DNA of 64,000 nt from a virus. The stretch is from IMG/VR virus record IMGVR_UViG_3300050821_009430, positions 14,458 to 78,457 of that record. One strand, given 5' to 3'. Numbering within the stretch: the stretch's first letter is position 1; each line of letters starts with the position of its first letter. Below the pieces are notes generated by a model. It did not search any database. It saw only the letters and a list, made by a program, of their open reading frames with translations, and had not been told where the DNA came from. This document shows positions 37,986 to 48,328 of the stretch, piece by piece. The position numbers and the translations under genes are program-made.

Positions 37986-38896
37986 TGCTCTACCGTACCA
38001 AAAGTGGTACCAGGACGCTTTACCGTAGCCGCCCGCTATTGCTTACCCCGCAGCAAGCCTACACACGCCCCAGCCCCGGCAAAGCATGGTTTGCCACTAC
38101 AACCAGCGTGTGGCGTGTTGATGAAATCATTAAGCGAAGTGTACGTGACTGGCGCAGGCTGACTGGGGAAACTGGCCACACTGGCGAACGTGCTGAAACG
38201 ATGCGAGCCGATCATGAGAGTGTGTATACCGGCACGCACAGCGTATTCGCTGCCCCATTGGTAGAATGGATTTTACTTCGATACGGCGGCGAACCGGGTG
38301 GGCATATACTTGATGCCTTTGCCGGTGGCCCACCACGGGCGTTAGTTTCAACCATTATGGGCTATCGGTATACTGGGTTTGAGATACGCCAGTCACAAAT
38401 TGATGAAAATAAGAACACATTGAAGCAATTGGGCCTTACCGAGTGCAACTATATCCTTGCAGATGGCCGGTATCTTGCCGATGATATTGGTCCTTTCGAT
38501 GTTGCACTAACATGCCCGCCTTATTACGATCTCGAAGTTTACAGTGATCTTGAGAATGATCTCAGTAATTTGGCTACCTATGGGCAGTTCAATTTTGGGA
38601 TGTACTCTTGTGCATTAGCTCACGCCAAGGTGATGAAGCCTGGGGCTTTTGTTTGTATTGTTGTTGGAAATTTCAGAGATAAAAAAGGTGAATTAGTAGA
38701 TTTCAGAGCACACACTGTTGAGAATTTCCAAGAAGTTGGATTTGTGTTTTGGCAAGATGTGATCTTGGTTAAAAACACTGGGAGTGCCACGATCAGATCC
38801 ACTAACGCATGGCGTGGGAAAAAACTCGTCCCGATACATGAACATTTACTTGTCTTCAGACAACCAGAAAACAAAAAGGTTGAAGCAGATGAATAG
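37985..38896 (+). CDS. amino (N4-C/N6-A) DNA methyltransferase
   Basis: SVF.A.LVE, SAM motif ILDAFAGG, catalytic TCPPYY, KPGAF..IVVGNFR, HEHLLVF. Confidence 0.8.
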   Translation: MLYRTKSGTRTLYRSRPLLLTPQQAYTRPSPGKAWFATTTSVWRVDEIIKRSVRDWRRLTGETGHTGERAETMRADHESVYTGTHSVFAAPLVEWILLRYGGEPGGHILDAFAGGPPRALVSTIMGYRYTGFEIRQSQIDENKNTLKQLGLTECNYILADGRYLADDIGPFDVALTCPPYYDLEVYSDLENDLSNLATYGQFNFGMYSCALAHAKVMKPGAFVCIVVGNFRDKKGELVDFRAHTVENFQEVGFVFWQDVILVKNTGSATIRSTNAWRGKKLVPIHEHLLVFRQPENKKVEADE

Positions 38897-39932
38897 AGCT
38901 GAATTAACAGCAAAGCTGGAACTGGTCAGCTATGCCTTGGCCGATCATAATTTGGTCCCTCTATTTCAGTGTTTCTGCTTTGATACAAAAACTGTCAATT
39001 GCTATAACGATACACTCGGGGTTATTGCCCCCTGTGAGATTAATGATGCTTTTGCGGTCAATGGCACCACCTTGCTTGGGCTACTGAAAAACAGCCACAG
39101 TGAAGAAGTTGAGTTTTCAATCGAGGACAAACACGATATTGTCATAAAAACCGGCAAGAGCCGTTTCAAATTGCCTTACTTTCCTAAGGAAGATTTCCTC
39201 TTCAAAAAGCCAGCCAACAAGTGGACTATCACACTGACTATAGACGAAAACTTATTGAAGGGCTTGGAAGCCTGCCTATTGACTTCATCGCGTGATATGG
39301 CTCAACCAAAATTGCTTGGCGTTAGCCTTGGATCCTATTCTAAAAAGGTAGCTTTGTATTCCTGTGATGGGGACGCACTCACTCGTCATCTTACAAATAC
39401 CAAAGCCGTAGAAAATTTATCTTATTTGATGCCCAATATGTTCTGCGAAGCCTTGGTTCGTATTTGCAAGGAATCCAAGATCGATGCCGGGCAACTGAAT
39501 ATTAATTCTGAATGGACCCACGCAGAACTAGATAACGGTTATCAAATCTACGGCCGTTTGATTGAAGTTGATGCCCCAGTAGATTACGAACAATTGATCA
39601 CCAAAACCGTCAAAGGTGAGGTTAGCTTCCTGCCGTTGCCAAAAGGGTTGGATCATGCCCTATCACGCGCCCGCGTGATTGCTGATCCTGACAGTGCCAA
39701 AACCGTATTTGAGATAACAAGTGAGAAGCTTCGTCTAATAACCGAAACCCACATGGGCATTGTCAGAGATGTGATGCCTTACCCTAAACATGAGGATATT
39801 AGCGCCAATGCTTCGGCCGCCATGGTGCAACGGGCTATTGGGCTTTGTGACGAAATGGCCATTCTTGAACGCTGCACGGTATATAGACAGGGCACTACCC
39901 TGTTCATGGTTGTGAGCAATATGGGTGAATAA
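38889..39932 (+). CDS. dnaN: DNA polymerase III beta-clamp-like sliding clamp
   Basis: About 347 aa; KSRFKLP.F..EDF, LLGV......LYSCDG..L, GRLIE...DY; adjacent to the polymerase and DnaX genes. Confidence 0.7.
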   Translation: MNRAELTAKLELVSYALADHNLVPLFQCFCFDTKTVNCYNDTLGVIAPCEINDAFAVNGTTLLGLLKNSHSEEVEFSIEDKHDIVIKTGKSRFKLPYFPKEDFLFKKPANKWTITLTIDENLLKGLEACLLTSSRDMAQPKLLGVSLGSYSKKVALYSCDGDALTRHLTNTKAVENLSYLMPNMFCEALVRICKESKIDAGQLNINSEWTHAELDNGYQIYGRLIEVDAPVDYEQLITKTVKGEVSFLPLPKGLDHALSRARVIADPDSAKTVFEITSEKLRLITETHMGIVRDVMPYPKHEDISANASAAMVQRAIGLCDEMAILERCTVYRQGTTLFMVVSNMGE

Positions 39933-40365
39933 AATGGATAGTGAAATAGAGCGATTACGGACCCGCGTTGCAGAATTGGAATTTCATATTTCTGAGATGG
40001 TGAAAGAATTACAACGAGTTGCTGAATCTTGGCCCCTGCGGCTTCCCCCAACATATGCATTGGTTTTAAGCGTTTTTCTTAAGCACCCAAAAATGGTTTT
40101 GACCAAAGAATTCTTATGGCGAAATATTTACGCTGCCCGTATTGGCCACGAAGATGAATGGCCTGATCCAAAAATTATTGATGTTTTTATCTGTAAACTT
40201 CGGCCAATCATTAAACGCTATGATATCTATATAGAAACAATTTGGGGTAGGGGCTGGCGTATAGATGAAGTCAACCACACCAAATTAGTGGCATTGAGTA
40301 ACGTGCCATTCGGCACGTCACCTGAAGCCTTTACTCAAGCTAATGCAGCAGGATGCGCTCAATAG
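39925..40365 (+). CDS. CtrA-type OmpR winged-helix DNA-binding domain without receiver
   Basis: LTKEFL...IY.....DEWPDPKIIDVFICKLR...IETIWGRGW versus CtrA LTKEM..LY...DEPELKIIDVFICKLRKK..IETVWGRGY. Confidence 0.8.
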   Translation: MNKMDSEIERLRTRVAELEFHISEMVKELQRVAESWPLRLPPTYALVLSVFLKHPKMVLTKEFLWRNIYAARIGHEDEWPDPKIIDVFICKLRPIIKRYDIYIETIWGRGWRIDEVNHTKLVALSNVPFGTSPEAFTQANAAGCAQ

Positions 40366-40643
40366 ATCAAATCATAGCTGCCGTAGAAGCAGCCGCCCGT
40401 GTCCCTCAAGGCTCAACCCGCGATACATCATGCCGGGTCTATGAGATCAGCCTTGCACGTCATATTGCCTGTTACATTGCCAGAAAAGAAACACATCTAT
40501 CGTTCAAAAGAATAGCCACAGCTTTTGGCACCGACGATCATAAGATTGGCCTTTATGCCTTCAATAAAATTTCGATAGCCCTGCTTAATAGGGACCCTCA
40601 TGTAATTCGAGTAGTGAATGAAGCTTCAAGCCCGGTGGCTTGA
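40353..40643 (+). CDS. DnaA domain IV (C-terminal HTH)-only protein
   Basis: ARHIACYIARKET.LSF.RIA.AFG.DDH....YA.NKI matches Bac_DnaA_C. Confidence 0.75.
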   Translation: MRSIDQIIAAVEAAARVPQGSTRDTSCRVYEISLARHIACYIARKETHLSFKRIATAFGTDDHKIGLYAFNKISIALLNRDPHVIRVVNEASSPVA

Positions 40644-40645
40644 AG

Positions 40646-43351
40646 ATGTCATTCTTTTTTACCAAAAGTACCCCCCGTGCCAAAGCCACGGAGGCGGTCA
40701 CTGGTAAGGGTTTTTTAGCGGGCACCCTACCTACCACAATAAGGCGGAATCCTGCCGTATGGGCACGTCTAGGCTGTGCTGGCTGTCCCCTCAATAAAGC
40801 TTCTGGCATAGTCACGCCGTTGATGGAACCAACCCTAAGCAAAGGGGGGCAAATCTATTTCCTTGCGGAAGCACCGGGGCGTGATGAAGATGAGAACACA
40901 GGCAGGCCTCTTACCGGGCCGTCAGGTTCATTATTGCGCGAATGTATTCCTGAGGATTGGCAAGATGAATGTTCGTTTGATAATATAATAAACTGCCGAC
41001 CGCCGGGCAATAGAACACCACAATGGCAAGAAATTGAATGTTGCCGCCCAAGACGTACGAAATACATAGAACAGGCAAAGCCCAAGCTGATTGTGGGATT
41101 AGGCGCGGTACCGTTACAGGCTATCCTTGGTTCATCTGATTTGCAGGGAATGCGTGGCAGGCTCTTTGCCGTTAAATTTGGTGAACATCATTGCTGGTTC
41201 CTCCCTACTTATCATCCATCATTTATTCTGAGAATAGCCAAGAACAAAAGGAAGCCACTCAATTCAATGATGGGCCATTGTTTCAGGATGGACATCAGAA
41301 AAGCATTTGAACTGGTGGCCGATCTTGAATTGCCCCACATTGATACTGAGGCAGAGATTAGATCAGGAATACAATGTTTTGACGGTTCCAAACAAAGCCA
41401 CCATCAAGCTATTATTGATCTTTTATATGAAGCCCGTAAGGCACCCCTCAAAGCGGTAGATATAGAAACCAAAGGGCTACGCCCGTACAAAACCGACGCA
41501 GCCATCATGACCTGTGCCCTCAGTTTTGAGGATACCAATTTTGCATTTGCCTTGGATCATCCACATTCTAAATGGCCCGCGCACATTAAAGAGAAAATAC
41601 GAATATTGCTTGAAAGCATTCTAAAGGATGACACTGTAAAGATAGCTCACAATGTCCCATTCGAACTCGAATGGTTTATCTGGTATTTTGGCAAACACAT
41701 AATCAATCACCATGCGTGGCACTGCACGCAGATGCAGGCTCATTTTCTCGATGAGCGTCGTGGCAAGTCACGAAGTTCAGATGAAAACGACCGCCGCGCC
41801 GCCTATCAGGCATTAGATTTCCTCTGCAAACAACATTTTGGCTTCACCTACAAATCGCTGTTCAAGCTAAATAAGAAGGATATGTCCAAATCTGATCTTG
41901 GCGAAACGTTACTCTATAATGGCGTCGATACCAAAATAACGCTGCGGTTACATCATTGGCAGATCAGACTGCTGAAGAAGTTTGGCCTCTATAAAGCCTA
42001 CCTTGAGGCACGCCCACGCCAAACCTCAGTAGCCATGATGCAATACCTCGGCGTTAATGTGGATCAGGCCGAGGTTAAGAAAGCCCAAAAGAAGCTTGGC
42101 CCTCAGATCAAAGTATTAGAGGCCAATATTGCCGAATTGAAAGTGGTGAAAGCCTTTGTACAGGATCACAAAGAGTTCAATCCACTCTCAAACGATCATG
42201 CTATCACAATTTTCAAGGATTACCTGAAAAGGCCCGAAGTTCAGATCAAACAGGAACGTCACGAAGCACATAATTTCAACAAATCATCCGATAGCAAAAA
42301 GCGTTTCGATAAAGGGCCTGAAATACGATACTCAGTTGATAAAGGTGTTCTTGCGCAGATTGACCACCCCCTAGCTGGAAAAATTATTGACCTCCGCAAC
42401 CGCACCAAACTGAAAAGCACCTATGTAGATTGCCTAGAACTTGGCAAAGGAGAAATGATTTACCCGGATGGAGCAATTCATTGTAATTTCAATACAACTT
42501 TTGCAGAAACCGGACGCACAAGTTCCGATGATCCAAATATGCAGAATTATCCTCAACGCACTGATGCGTGGGTGCGCAATCAAATAGCTGCTAAGGATGG
42601 GCATCTTTTGCTGGCCTTTGACTACGGCCAATTGGAAGCCTGCACAGCCGCGATGTGTTCCCAGGACAAAGTGTTGGTAAAAGCACTGTGGGAGGATTAC
42701 GATATTCATATGGAATGGGCAATCAAAACAGCCCACCAGTACCCGGCCATTATAGGGGGCAAGAAGTGCATCCAAGATAAAGACGTAATGAAGAAGTTTA
42801 GGTCAAAGATAAAGAACAAATTAGTCTTTCCGGCAATATTTGGGGCACAGAATTCATCTATTGCTGGCTACCTTGATATGCCAGTTGAGGAAATTGATGT
42901 TTTGATGCGTGAATTTTGGAAAACGTTCTATGGCCTTGCTGAATGGCAAGATAAATTGATGAAGAAATATTATGAAGATGGTTATGCTGAAAGTCCTACC
43001 GGACGTAGGCGTCACTACCCTATGACCCGCAATCAGGCAATTAACGATCCAATTCAAAGCGTGGCATGCGATATAGTTTGTCGTTCAATGAATGATCTTT
43101 CAGAGTTAGCGACGGTTGAGAAAAAATGGTACTTACATCCAATTTTGAACATTCATGATGATCTCTCATTTCAGGTACAAAACAACGATAGAATTATTGA
43201 AAAAGCCATTAAAGATATATATAGAATTATGCTAACTCCAAACTATGACTTCATTAATGTACCGTTATCAGTTACTTGTTCTATAGGAAAGCACTGGTTT
43301 GGCATGGAAGAAATTGGAAAGTTTTGGTCTCACAAAGACATTAAGAAATAA
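40646..43351 (+). CDS. family-4 uracil-DNA glycosylase fused to 3'-5' exonuclease + family A DNA polymerase
   Basis: UDG: CAGCPL, AEAPG..ED..GRP.TGPSG, NCRPPGNRTP, TYHPS; exo: DIET, HNVPFE, YNGVD; pol: TGRTSSDDPNMQN, DYGQLE, R...K...VF...FG, HDD. Confidence 0.92.
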   Translation: MSFFFTKSTPRAKATEAVTGKGFLAGTLPTTIRRNPAVWARLGCAGCPLNKASGIVTPLMEPTLSKGGQIYFLAEAPGRDEDENTGRPLTGPSGSLLRECIPEDWQDECSFDNIINCRPPGNRTPQWQEIECCRPRRTKYIEQAKPKLIVGLGAVPLQAILGSSDLQGMRGRLFAVKFGEHHCWFLPTYHPSFILRIAKNKRKPLNSMMGHCFRMDIRKAFELVADLELPHIDTEAEIRSGIQCFDGSKQSHHQAIIDLLYEARKAPLKAVDIETKGLRPYKTDAAIMTCALSFEDTNFAFALDHPHSKWPAHIKEKIRILLESILKDDTVKIAHNVPFELEWFIWYFGKHIINHHAWHCTQMQAHFLDERRGKSRSSDENDRRAAYQALDFLCKQHFGFTYKSLFKLNKKDMSKSDLGETLLYNGVDTKITLRLHHWQIRLLKKFGLYKAYLEARPRQTSVAMMQYLGVNVDQAEVKKAQKKLGPQIKVLEANIAELKVVKAFVQDHKEFNPLSNDHAITIFKDYLKRPEVQIKQERHEAHNFNKSSDSKKRFDKGPEIRYSVDKGVLAQIDHPLAGKIIDLRNRTKLKSTYVDCLELGKGEMIYPDGAIHCNFNTTFAETGRTSSDDPNMQNYPQRTDAWVRNQIAAKDGHLLLAFDYGQLEACTAAMCSQDKVLVKALWEDYDIHMEWAIKTAHQYPAIIGGKKCIQDKDVMKKFRSKIKNKLVFPAIFGAQNSSIAGYLDMPVEEIDVLMREFWKTFYGLAEWQDKLMKKYYEDGYAESPTGRRRHYPMTRNQAINDPIQSVACDIVCRSMNDLSELATVEKKWYLHPILNIHDDLSFQVQNNDRIIEKAIKDIYRIMLTPNYDFINVPLSVTCSIGKHWFGMEEIGKFWSHKDIKK

Positions 43352-43414
43352 TAAATGTACAGACGGCCCCCACCCATCTTAGCTCACTTATAGAGATAAC
43401 AAAGATATATCTAA

Positions 43415-44365
43415 ATGACCAGTCTTCATACAAAGTATAGGCCAACTATCTTCGACGAAGTGGTAGGCCAAGATCATGTGGTCAAGGGCCTCAAGCGCGT
43501 AGTCAAAGACAGCCGTGCCAAAACTTTCTTGTTCACGGGGCCATCAGGGACCGGAAAGACCACTCTTGCTAGAATATTAGCAAATTCCTTCGCCAAAAAC
43601 GAAGCTACGGCAGCCAATATAGAAGAAATAGCTGCCGCCGATACTACCGGCGTAGATGCCATGCGCGAAGTAATCAAACACACGTTGTACCGGGCTATTG
43701 GCACTTCACCAATCAAAGCTGTCATTTTGGACGAAGCACATCGTTTGTCAGGCGCGGCATGGGACGTCCTCCTTAAGCCAGTCGAGGAACCACCCACTCA
43801 CGTTTACTGGATGATCTGTTCTACTAATCCGGGCAAAATACCGAAAACAATACTGACCCGATGCCTACGCTACGATCTGAAACCTGTTTCTGAGGAAGAC
43901 CTGCTTGAGCTATTACTGCGCGTAGCTGAGGCTGAGAAACTTGAAACACCAGATGCAATATTGGAAGCCATTGTTGAGGAAGCTTCAGGCTCACCACGTC
44001 AGGCTTTAGTATTTTTGGAGGCCTGTTCCTATGCCGAAACAGCCGGTGAGGCGCGTATTGTTATGCGTAGCGCCGGGCAGTCTAAAGAAGTAAGTGACCT
44101 GTGCAAATTCTTGCTTGGGCAACGTGGCCGTACCTGGGCCGAAGCCATGAAATATGTAAAGGCACTTGAGGGAACCGATACTGAAAGCATCAGGATAATA
44201 ATTGTAAATTATCTAAGTGCCGTTTTGACAAATACCAAAAGCAACGATAAGGCTATTCCGCTTCTTGGGCTACTGGAATGTTTTTCTGCCCCCTATCAAC
44301 CAATAGATAAACTTGCGCCACTCCTGCACTCGATAGGCATGGCACTCAACCTGGATAAAGCATGA
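43415..44365 (+). CDS. dnaX: DnaX (gamma/tau)-like clamp loader
   Basis: LHTKYRP..FDEVVGQ, GPSGTGKTTLARI, ILDEAH.LS, LLKPVEEPP, TILTRC, GSPRQAL. Confidence 0.9.
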   Translation: MTSLHTKYRPTIFDEVVGQDHVVKGLKRVVKDSRAKTFLFTGPSGTGKTTLARILANSFAKNEATAANIEEIAAADTTGVDAMREVIKHTLYRAIGTSPIKAVILDEAHRLSGAAWDVLLKPVEEPPTHVYWMICSTNPGKIPKTILTRCLRYDLKPVSEEDLLELLLRVAEAEKLETPDAILEAIVEEASGSPRQALVFLEACSYAETAGEARIVMRSAGQSKEVSDLCKFLLGQRGRTWAEAMKYVKALEGTDTESIRIIIVNYLSAVLTNTKSNDKAIPLLGLLECFSAPYQPIDKLAPLLHSIGMALNLDKA

Positions 44366-44850
44366 CCGTTGACATTGAAGAATTCAAGAATTATCTGAAA
44401 ATAGACAAACATGGGCTCGATCAAGAACTCATGGAACAGCCTATGCTATTTTTCAAAATCAGCGAAGCGTTTGCTCAAGCCACTGCTGAACGTGACATGC
44501 TCAAGGAGCAGCTTGCCAGTACAGACGCTAGACTCGATAGTGACATGCGTCGTGTTTTTGACAAAGCGGGTGAAAAGTATACCGAAGCCATGGTCAAAAA
44601 TGCCGTACAAACCGACAAAAAGCATGAAGCAGCGATCAAGAAGTTCTTTGACGCCAAAGAACAGGCTGACTTGTTTTTGGCACTGAAAGAAGCTTTCCAA
44701 TCCAGGGCCTACATGCTTCGAGATCTTTGCTCTCTCTATACAGCCAACTATTTTGAAGAATCATCGGCCCGTGGCTCTGGGCAAACTAACCATGCGACGT
44801 ATAGAATGGGCAGGGAACGCATTGCAACTGCACGGAGCAAACGTGAGTGA
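44362..44850 (+). CDS. UvsY-like recombination mediator
   Basis: LKID...LD.EL..QP, TEAMVKNAV..D, LKEAFQSRAYML; sits between the clamp loader and SSB. Confidence 0.6.
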   Translation: MTVDIEEFKNYLKIDKHGLDQELMEQPMLFFKISEAFAQATAERDMLKEQLASTDARLDSDMRRVFDKAGEKYTEAMVKNAVQTDKKHEAAIKKFFDAKEQADLFLALKEAFQSRAYMLRDLCSLYTANYFEESSARGSGQTNHATYRMGRERIATARSKRE

Positions 44851-45004
44851 TGCCTTGTGGCAGTACATTTTACCGATTGCTGTCATAGCATTGATCCTTT
44901 GGCTCACATGCAAAGCAATTATTGGGTCCTACTTTAAAGCAAAGGACGGTTTCGTTAATCGGCTAGTTGACAAACTCAAAGGAGCCAACAGTGGCGAAAA
45001 GTGA
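44843..45004 (+). CDS. small membrane protein
   Basis: GTG 44843; ILPIAVIALILWLTC hydrophobic stretch. Confidence 0.45.
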   Translation: MSDALWQYILPIAVIALILWLTCKAIIGSYFKAKDGFVNRLVDKLKGANSGEK

Positions 45005-46046
45005 GAGTAAAAGATCGTTTCATTACGAACACCGTTCCAAGGAGGACGTAAAAGCCCGCGCCAATATGCGGGGCGGTGGCTATGACAGCTTTGTAAAGCC
45101 CGAATTCAAGCGCTACAAGGTGCGCGACGGAAAAAACTTGGTGCGCATCCTGCCAGCAACATGGGAAAAGCCCAAGCATTACGGTTACGATATTTGGGTG
45201 AATTACGGCATTGGTGCAGATAACCAATCGTACCTTTCTCTTTCAAAAATGAACGACGAAGCCGATCCGTTGGCCGAAGCCCGCAAGCAGGCTCAACGCG
45301 AAGGGGATGACGAAACCGCCAAGGCATTATCACCGCGCCAGCGGGTACTGGTTTGGGTCATTGATCGTAATGAAGAGGATGAAGGCCCACAACTGTGGGA
45401 TATTCCTTTCAGTGTTGACAAGGATTTTATCAACCTCTGCCTTGATGAAGACACCAAGGAGGTCATCTATCCTGATGATCCTGATAATGGACATGATCTT
45501 CGGTTTTACAAGGAAGGCTCAGGGCTTGGCACCAAATACCCGGCGTCTCGCATGAAGCTTCTTGATGAATCGCCGCTTCATGAAGATCAAGGCACTCAGG
45601 ATGAATGGCTTGAATTTGTGAAGGAAAACCCGGTGCCTGACTGCCTGCAATTCTACAGTGCCGATCAGATTGCCTCGGCCTTTGACGGGCAGGTTCGTAC
45701 CAAAGATGACAATGACGAAAAGCCACGCAAAAAATTGCGTGATGAAGATGACGAAGGTACAAAACCAAAGCGCCGTCCTGTTGCCGATGAGGATGATGAC
45801 TCTGAAGAGAAACCAAAACGTCGGGCCACCAAAGATGACGATGAAGATGAACCGGATGAAAAACCACGTCGTGCCCGTACTCAACTGAAGGACGAGGATG
45901 AGCCGGACGAGGCGGATGAAAAACCGCGCAAAAAGGCAAAGCCTGCCAGAGATGAAGATGAAGAACAAGACGAAAAGCCACGCCAAAGTATCCGTGAACG
46001 GTTAGCTGCACGCCGTTCTAAAAGCACCGATGAGGATGACGACTGA
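44991..46046 (+). CDS. T4 gp32-like single-stranded DNA-binding protein
   Basis: GKNLVRILP, DP.AE, VIDR...EG.QLW, DPDNGHDL..YKEGSG..TKY; long acidic/basic tail; SD AAAGGAG. Confidence 0.75.
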   Translation: MAKSESKRSFHYEHRSKEDVKARANMRGGGYDSFVKPEFKRYKVRDGKNLVRILPATWEKPKHYGYDIWVNYGIGADNQSYLSLSKMNDEADPLAEARKQAQREGDDETAKALSPRQRVLVWVIDRNEEDEGPQLWDIPFSVDKDFINLCLDEDTKEVIYPDDPDNGHDLRFYKEGSGLGTKYPASRMKLLDESPLHEDQGTQDEWLEFVKENPVPDCLQFYSADQIASAFDGQVRTKDDNDEKPRKKLRDEDDEGTKPKRRPVADEDDDSEEKPKRRATKDDDEDEPDEKPRRARTQLKDEDEPDEADEKPRKKAKPARDEDEEQDEKPRQSIRERLAARRSKSTDEDDD

Positions 46047-46251
46047 CCGCAGGGCTGAAATGCTGAAGCGCGGCGGCATAGACCCTGTTAGGGTTGATAA
46101 CCGCCCGCTCAGTGCCATTATGAATGACGCTATACCTTATGAGAAATTCGAGCGGCAGTGGTGGCTCATTCAACGGTTGGGTTATAAAAGCCATCAATGC
46201 TTTTTGCAGGCTATATATGACCGAAAACACGTCAGAAGTAATTCCTGCTGA
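46030..46251 (+). CDS. hypothetical protein
   Basis: Overlaps the SSB end; co-oriented. Confidence 0.45.
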   Translation: MRMTTDRRAEMLKRGGIDPVRVDNRPLSAIMNDAIPYEKFERQWWLIQRLGYKSHQCFLQAIYDRKHVRSNSC

Positions 46252-46483
46252 GCTATTTTCAATTCATCAGGCTTTACTAAAAGAAGGATGGGGGGTTTGG
46301 GCCACTCACCGTGACCTGAACAAAGAAATAGGCCAAGAAAAGTTCTCACGTATATCTATTGTAACCTTCACCCATCTGGCGGCCGTCACAGCGGTTGATG
46401 TTGGGATGGGTGAAAGTGATTTCTTGGCCACCTGCAAAGCCAATTACCAGGAAGCGGTACGGCGTGCCCCACGATGGGGGTAA
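46217..46483 (+). CDS. hypothetical protein
   Basis: ATG 46217; fills the gap before sbcC-like gene. Confidence 0.5.
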   Translation: MTENTSEVIPAELFSIHQALLKEGWGVWATHRDLNKEIGQEKFSRISIVTFTHLAAVTAVDVGMGESDFLATCKANYQEAVRRAPRWG

Positions 46484-46489
46484 GTGTAA

Positions 46490-48328
46490 GTGTTTGACAT
46501 CATCAAAATTGAACTGGAAGATTTCAGGTCGTTCAGGGGAAAACACAGTTTCGAATTTCCAACCGAACCGGGGCTGTATGCCATAACCGGCGTTAATCTT
46601 GACAACCCCGAACTTGGTCCTAACGGTGTTGGCAAATCAACTCTTTTAGAAGCCATTTATTGGTGCAATTACGGGCGTACCACACGCGGTCTAAAAGCTA
46701 CTGACGTGATCAATTGGGGTGCCAAAGGCTGTGCCGTGACCGTACAGCAACTTATTGGGGGCCAGCACCTTACCGTCACCCGTACTCAAAGCCCCAACAG
46801 CCTCATGCTGAACGGGCAACCAGTGGATCAGACTGAGTTACAAGTAGCCCTACGTATTGGGCCTGAAGCTTTCACCTATGCCGTGATGGCCCCACAGTTT
46901 GGGCAAGCATTCTTTGATCTGACACCCAGTGACAAACTGACCCTATTTTCACAAATAATGGAACTTGATTTCTGGCTTGAAAAGAGCAAAAGAGCCTCTG
47001 AATTGGCCGAAGAAATACTTATTGAAAAATCAGCCGTTGAAAAGAATGCTGCGCGGCAAAATGGTCAGCTTGAAACAATTACAGATGACCTAAGGCAGTT
47101 AGCTGAAAAGGAAATTAAGTTCTCTGAGGATCAACGTAGCTTGATGGCTTCCATGACTGGGCAAATAACAGAAATACAAACTTCTATAAAAGTTCAGGGG
47201 AAGGTCCTAAACGAAACCAAATTAGCAATTGATGGGCTTGAAAAAAGACGAGACAAACTCATTGCCAAAATAGATACGTTACTGAATGAGAAGGATAAGT
47301 TTGAGGCCAACCACTCAGAAATACGAACTCAAAAATCAGTCATAGAAAACAGGTTAAGTGCTGTAACCGCTACCAGTAAGCGCCTTGAAGGTGTCGGCGC
47401 TGAATGCCCTACCTGTTTGCAGGAAGTAGATGCTGTTCACCTAACAACAGAAAAACAAAAGTACAAAAAACAATATCAGTCAATTTCAAAAGAACTAGAA
47501 GACTGTATTGAAGCTTTTGAGGGGGCATCTACCAATAAGGATAACATCGTCACTGCCATCAAATCAAACCAGAAAGATTTAGAAACCATAGAACAGAATT
47601 TAGAGGATTTTAGGATTGAGAGGAACAAGCTGTCATCTAAATCAGAACGGTGTGAAGCTGACTTGAGGCAGCTCCGCACCAACATTGCTAATGAACAGAA
47701 AAAACCCAATCCATATAGTATCTTGATTGAAGAAAAACAAGCACAAAAAGCCCTACTAAAAAAGGCCATTAAACAAACCACCGAAGAGATAGATCAACTA
47801 GCCAAGGATAATCTAACCGTCAATTATTGGATAGGTGGTTTTAAGAAGATACGCTTGTTTGTTATTGAAGAAACCCTCAGACAATTGGAACTTGAGATCA
47901 ATAACAATCTTGCCAGTCTGGGCTTGCTGACGTGGCGTGTAGAATTGGACGTGGAACGTGAGAACAAATCAGGTGGCATTACCAAAGGGTTTACGGTAGC
48001 CATACAAGCCTCAGGCAATGAAAAGCCAGTCAAGTTTGAGGCATGGTCGGGCGGTGAAACCCAACGGTTACGGCTGGCAGGTGACTTGGGCCTAGCCAAC
48101 CTGATTATGGAAAACGCGGGGTTGCGAAGCACTATTGAGTTCTTCGACGAACCGTCACGGCATCTAAGCCAAGAAGGAATGCTTGATCTGGCCGAAACTC
48201 TACATCAACGGGCCATAGATTCAAAAAAACGTATATTCGTAGTAGAACACAACTTGACAGATTACCCCTATACGGCAACGCTGCCCATCGTGAAAAGTTC
48301 AGACGGTTCCTATTTTGAGAGGGTGTAA
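46490..48328 (+). CDS. SbcC/Rad50/gp46-like SMC ATPase
   Basis: FRSF, NGVGKST, zinc hook CPTC, WSGGE, FFDEP, VVEH. Confidence 0.92.
   Translation: MFDIIKIELEDFRSFRGKHSFEFPTEPGLYAITGVNLDNPELGPNGVGKSTLLEAIYWCNYGRTTRGLKATDVINWGAKGCAVTVQQLIGGQHLTVTRTQSPNSLMLNGQPVDQTELQVALRIGPEAFTYAVMAPQFGQAFFDLTPSDKLTLFSQIMELDFWLEKSKRASELAEEILIEKSAVEKNAARQNGQLETITDDLRQLAEKEIKFSEDQRSLMASMTGQITEIQTSIKVQGKVLNETKLAIDGLEKRRDKLIAKIDTLLNEKDKFEANHSEIRTQKSVIENRLSAVTATSKRLEGVGAECPTCLQEVDAVHLTTEKQKYKKQYQSISKELEDCIEAFEGASTNKDNIVTAIKSNQKDLETIEQNLEDFRIERNKLSSKSERCEADLRQLRTNIANEQKKPNPYSILIEEKQAQKALLKKAIKQTTEEIDQLAKDNLTVNYWIGGFKKIRLFVIEETLRQLELEINNNLASLGLLTWRVELDVERENKSGGITKGFTVAIQASGNEKPVKFEAWSGGETQRLRLAGDLGLANLIMENAGLRSTIEFFDEPSRHLSQEGMLDLAETLHQRAIDSKKRIFVVEHNLTDYPYTATLPIVKSSDGSYFERV

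Noticed and set aside
45700-46046. Repetitive GATGA/AAACC-rich DNA as a repeat array or CRISPR
   Set aside because: Explained by the low-complexity DEDE-KPR tail of the SSB; no constant repeat-spacer structure.
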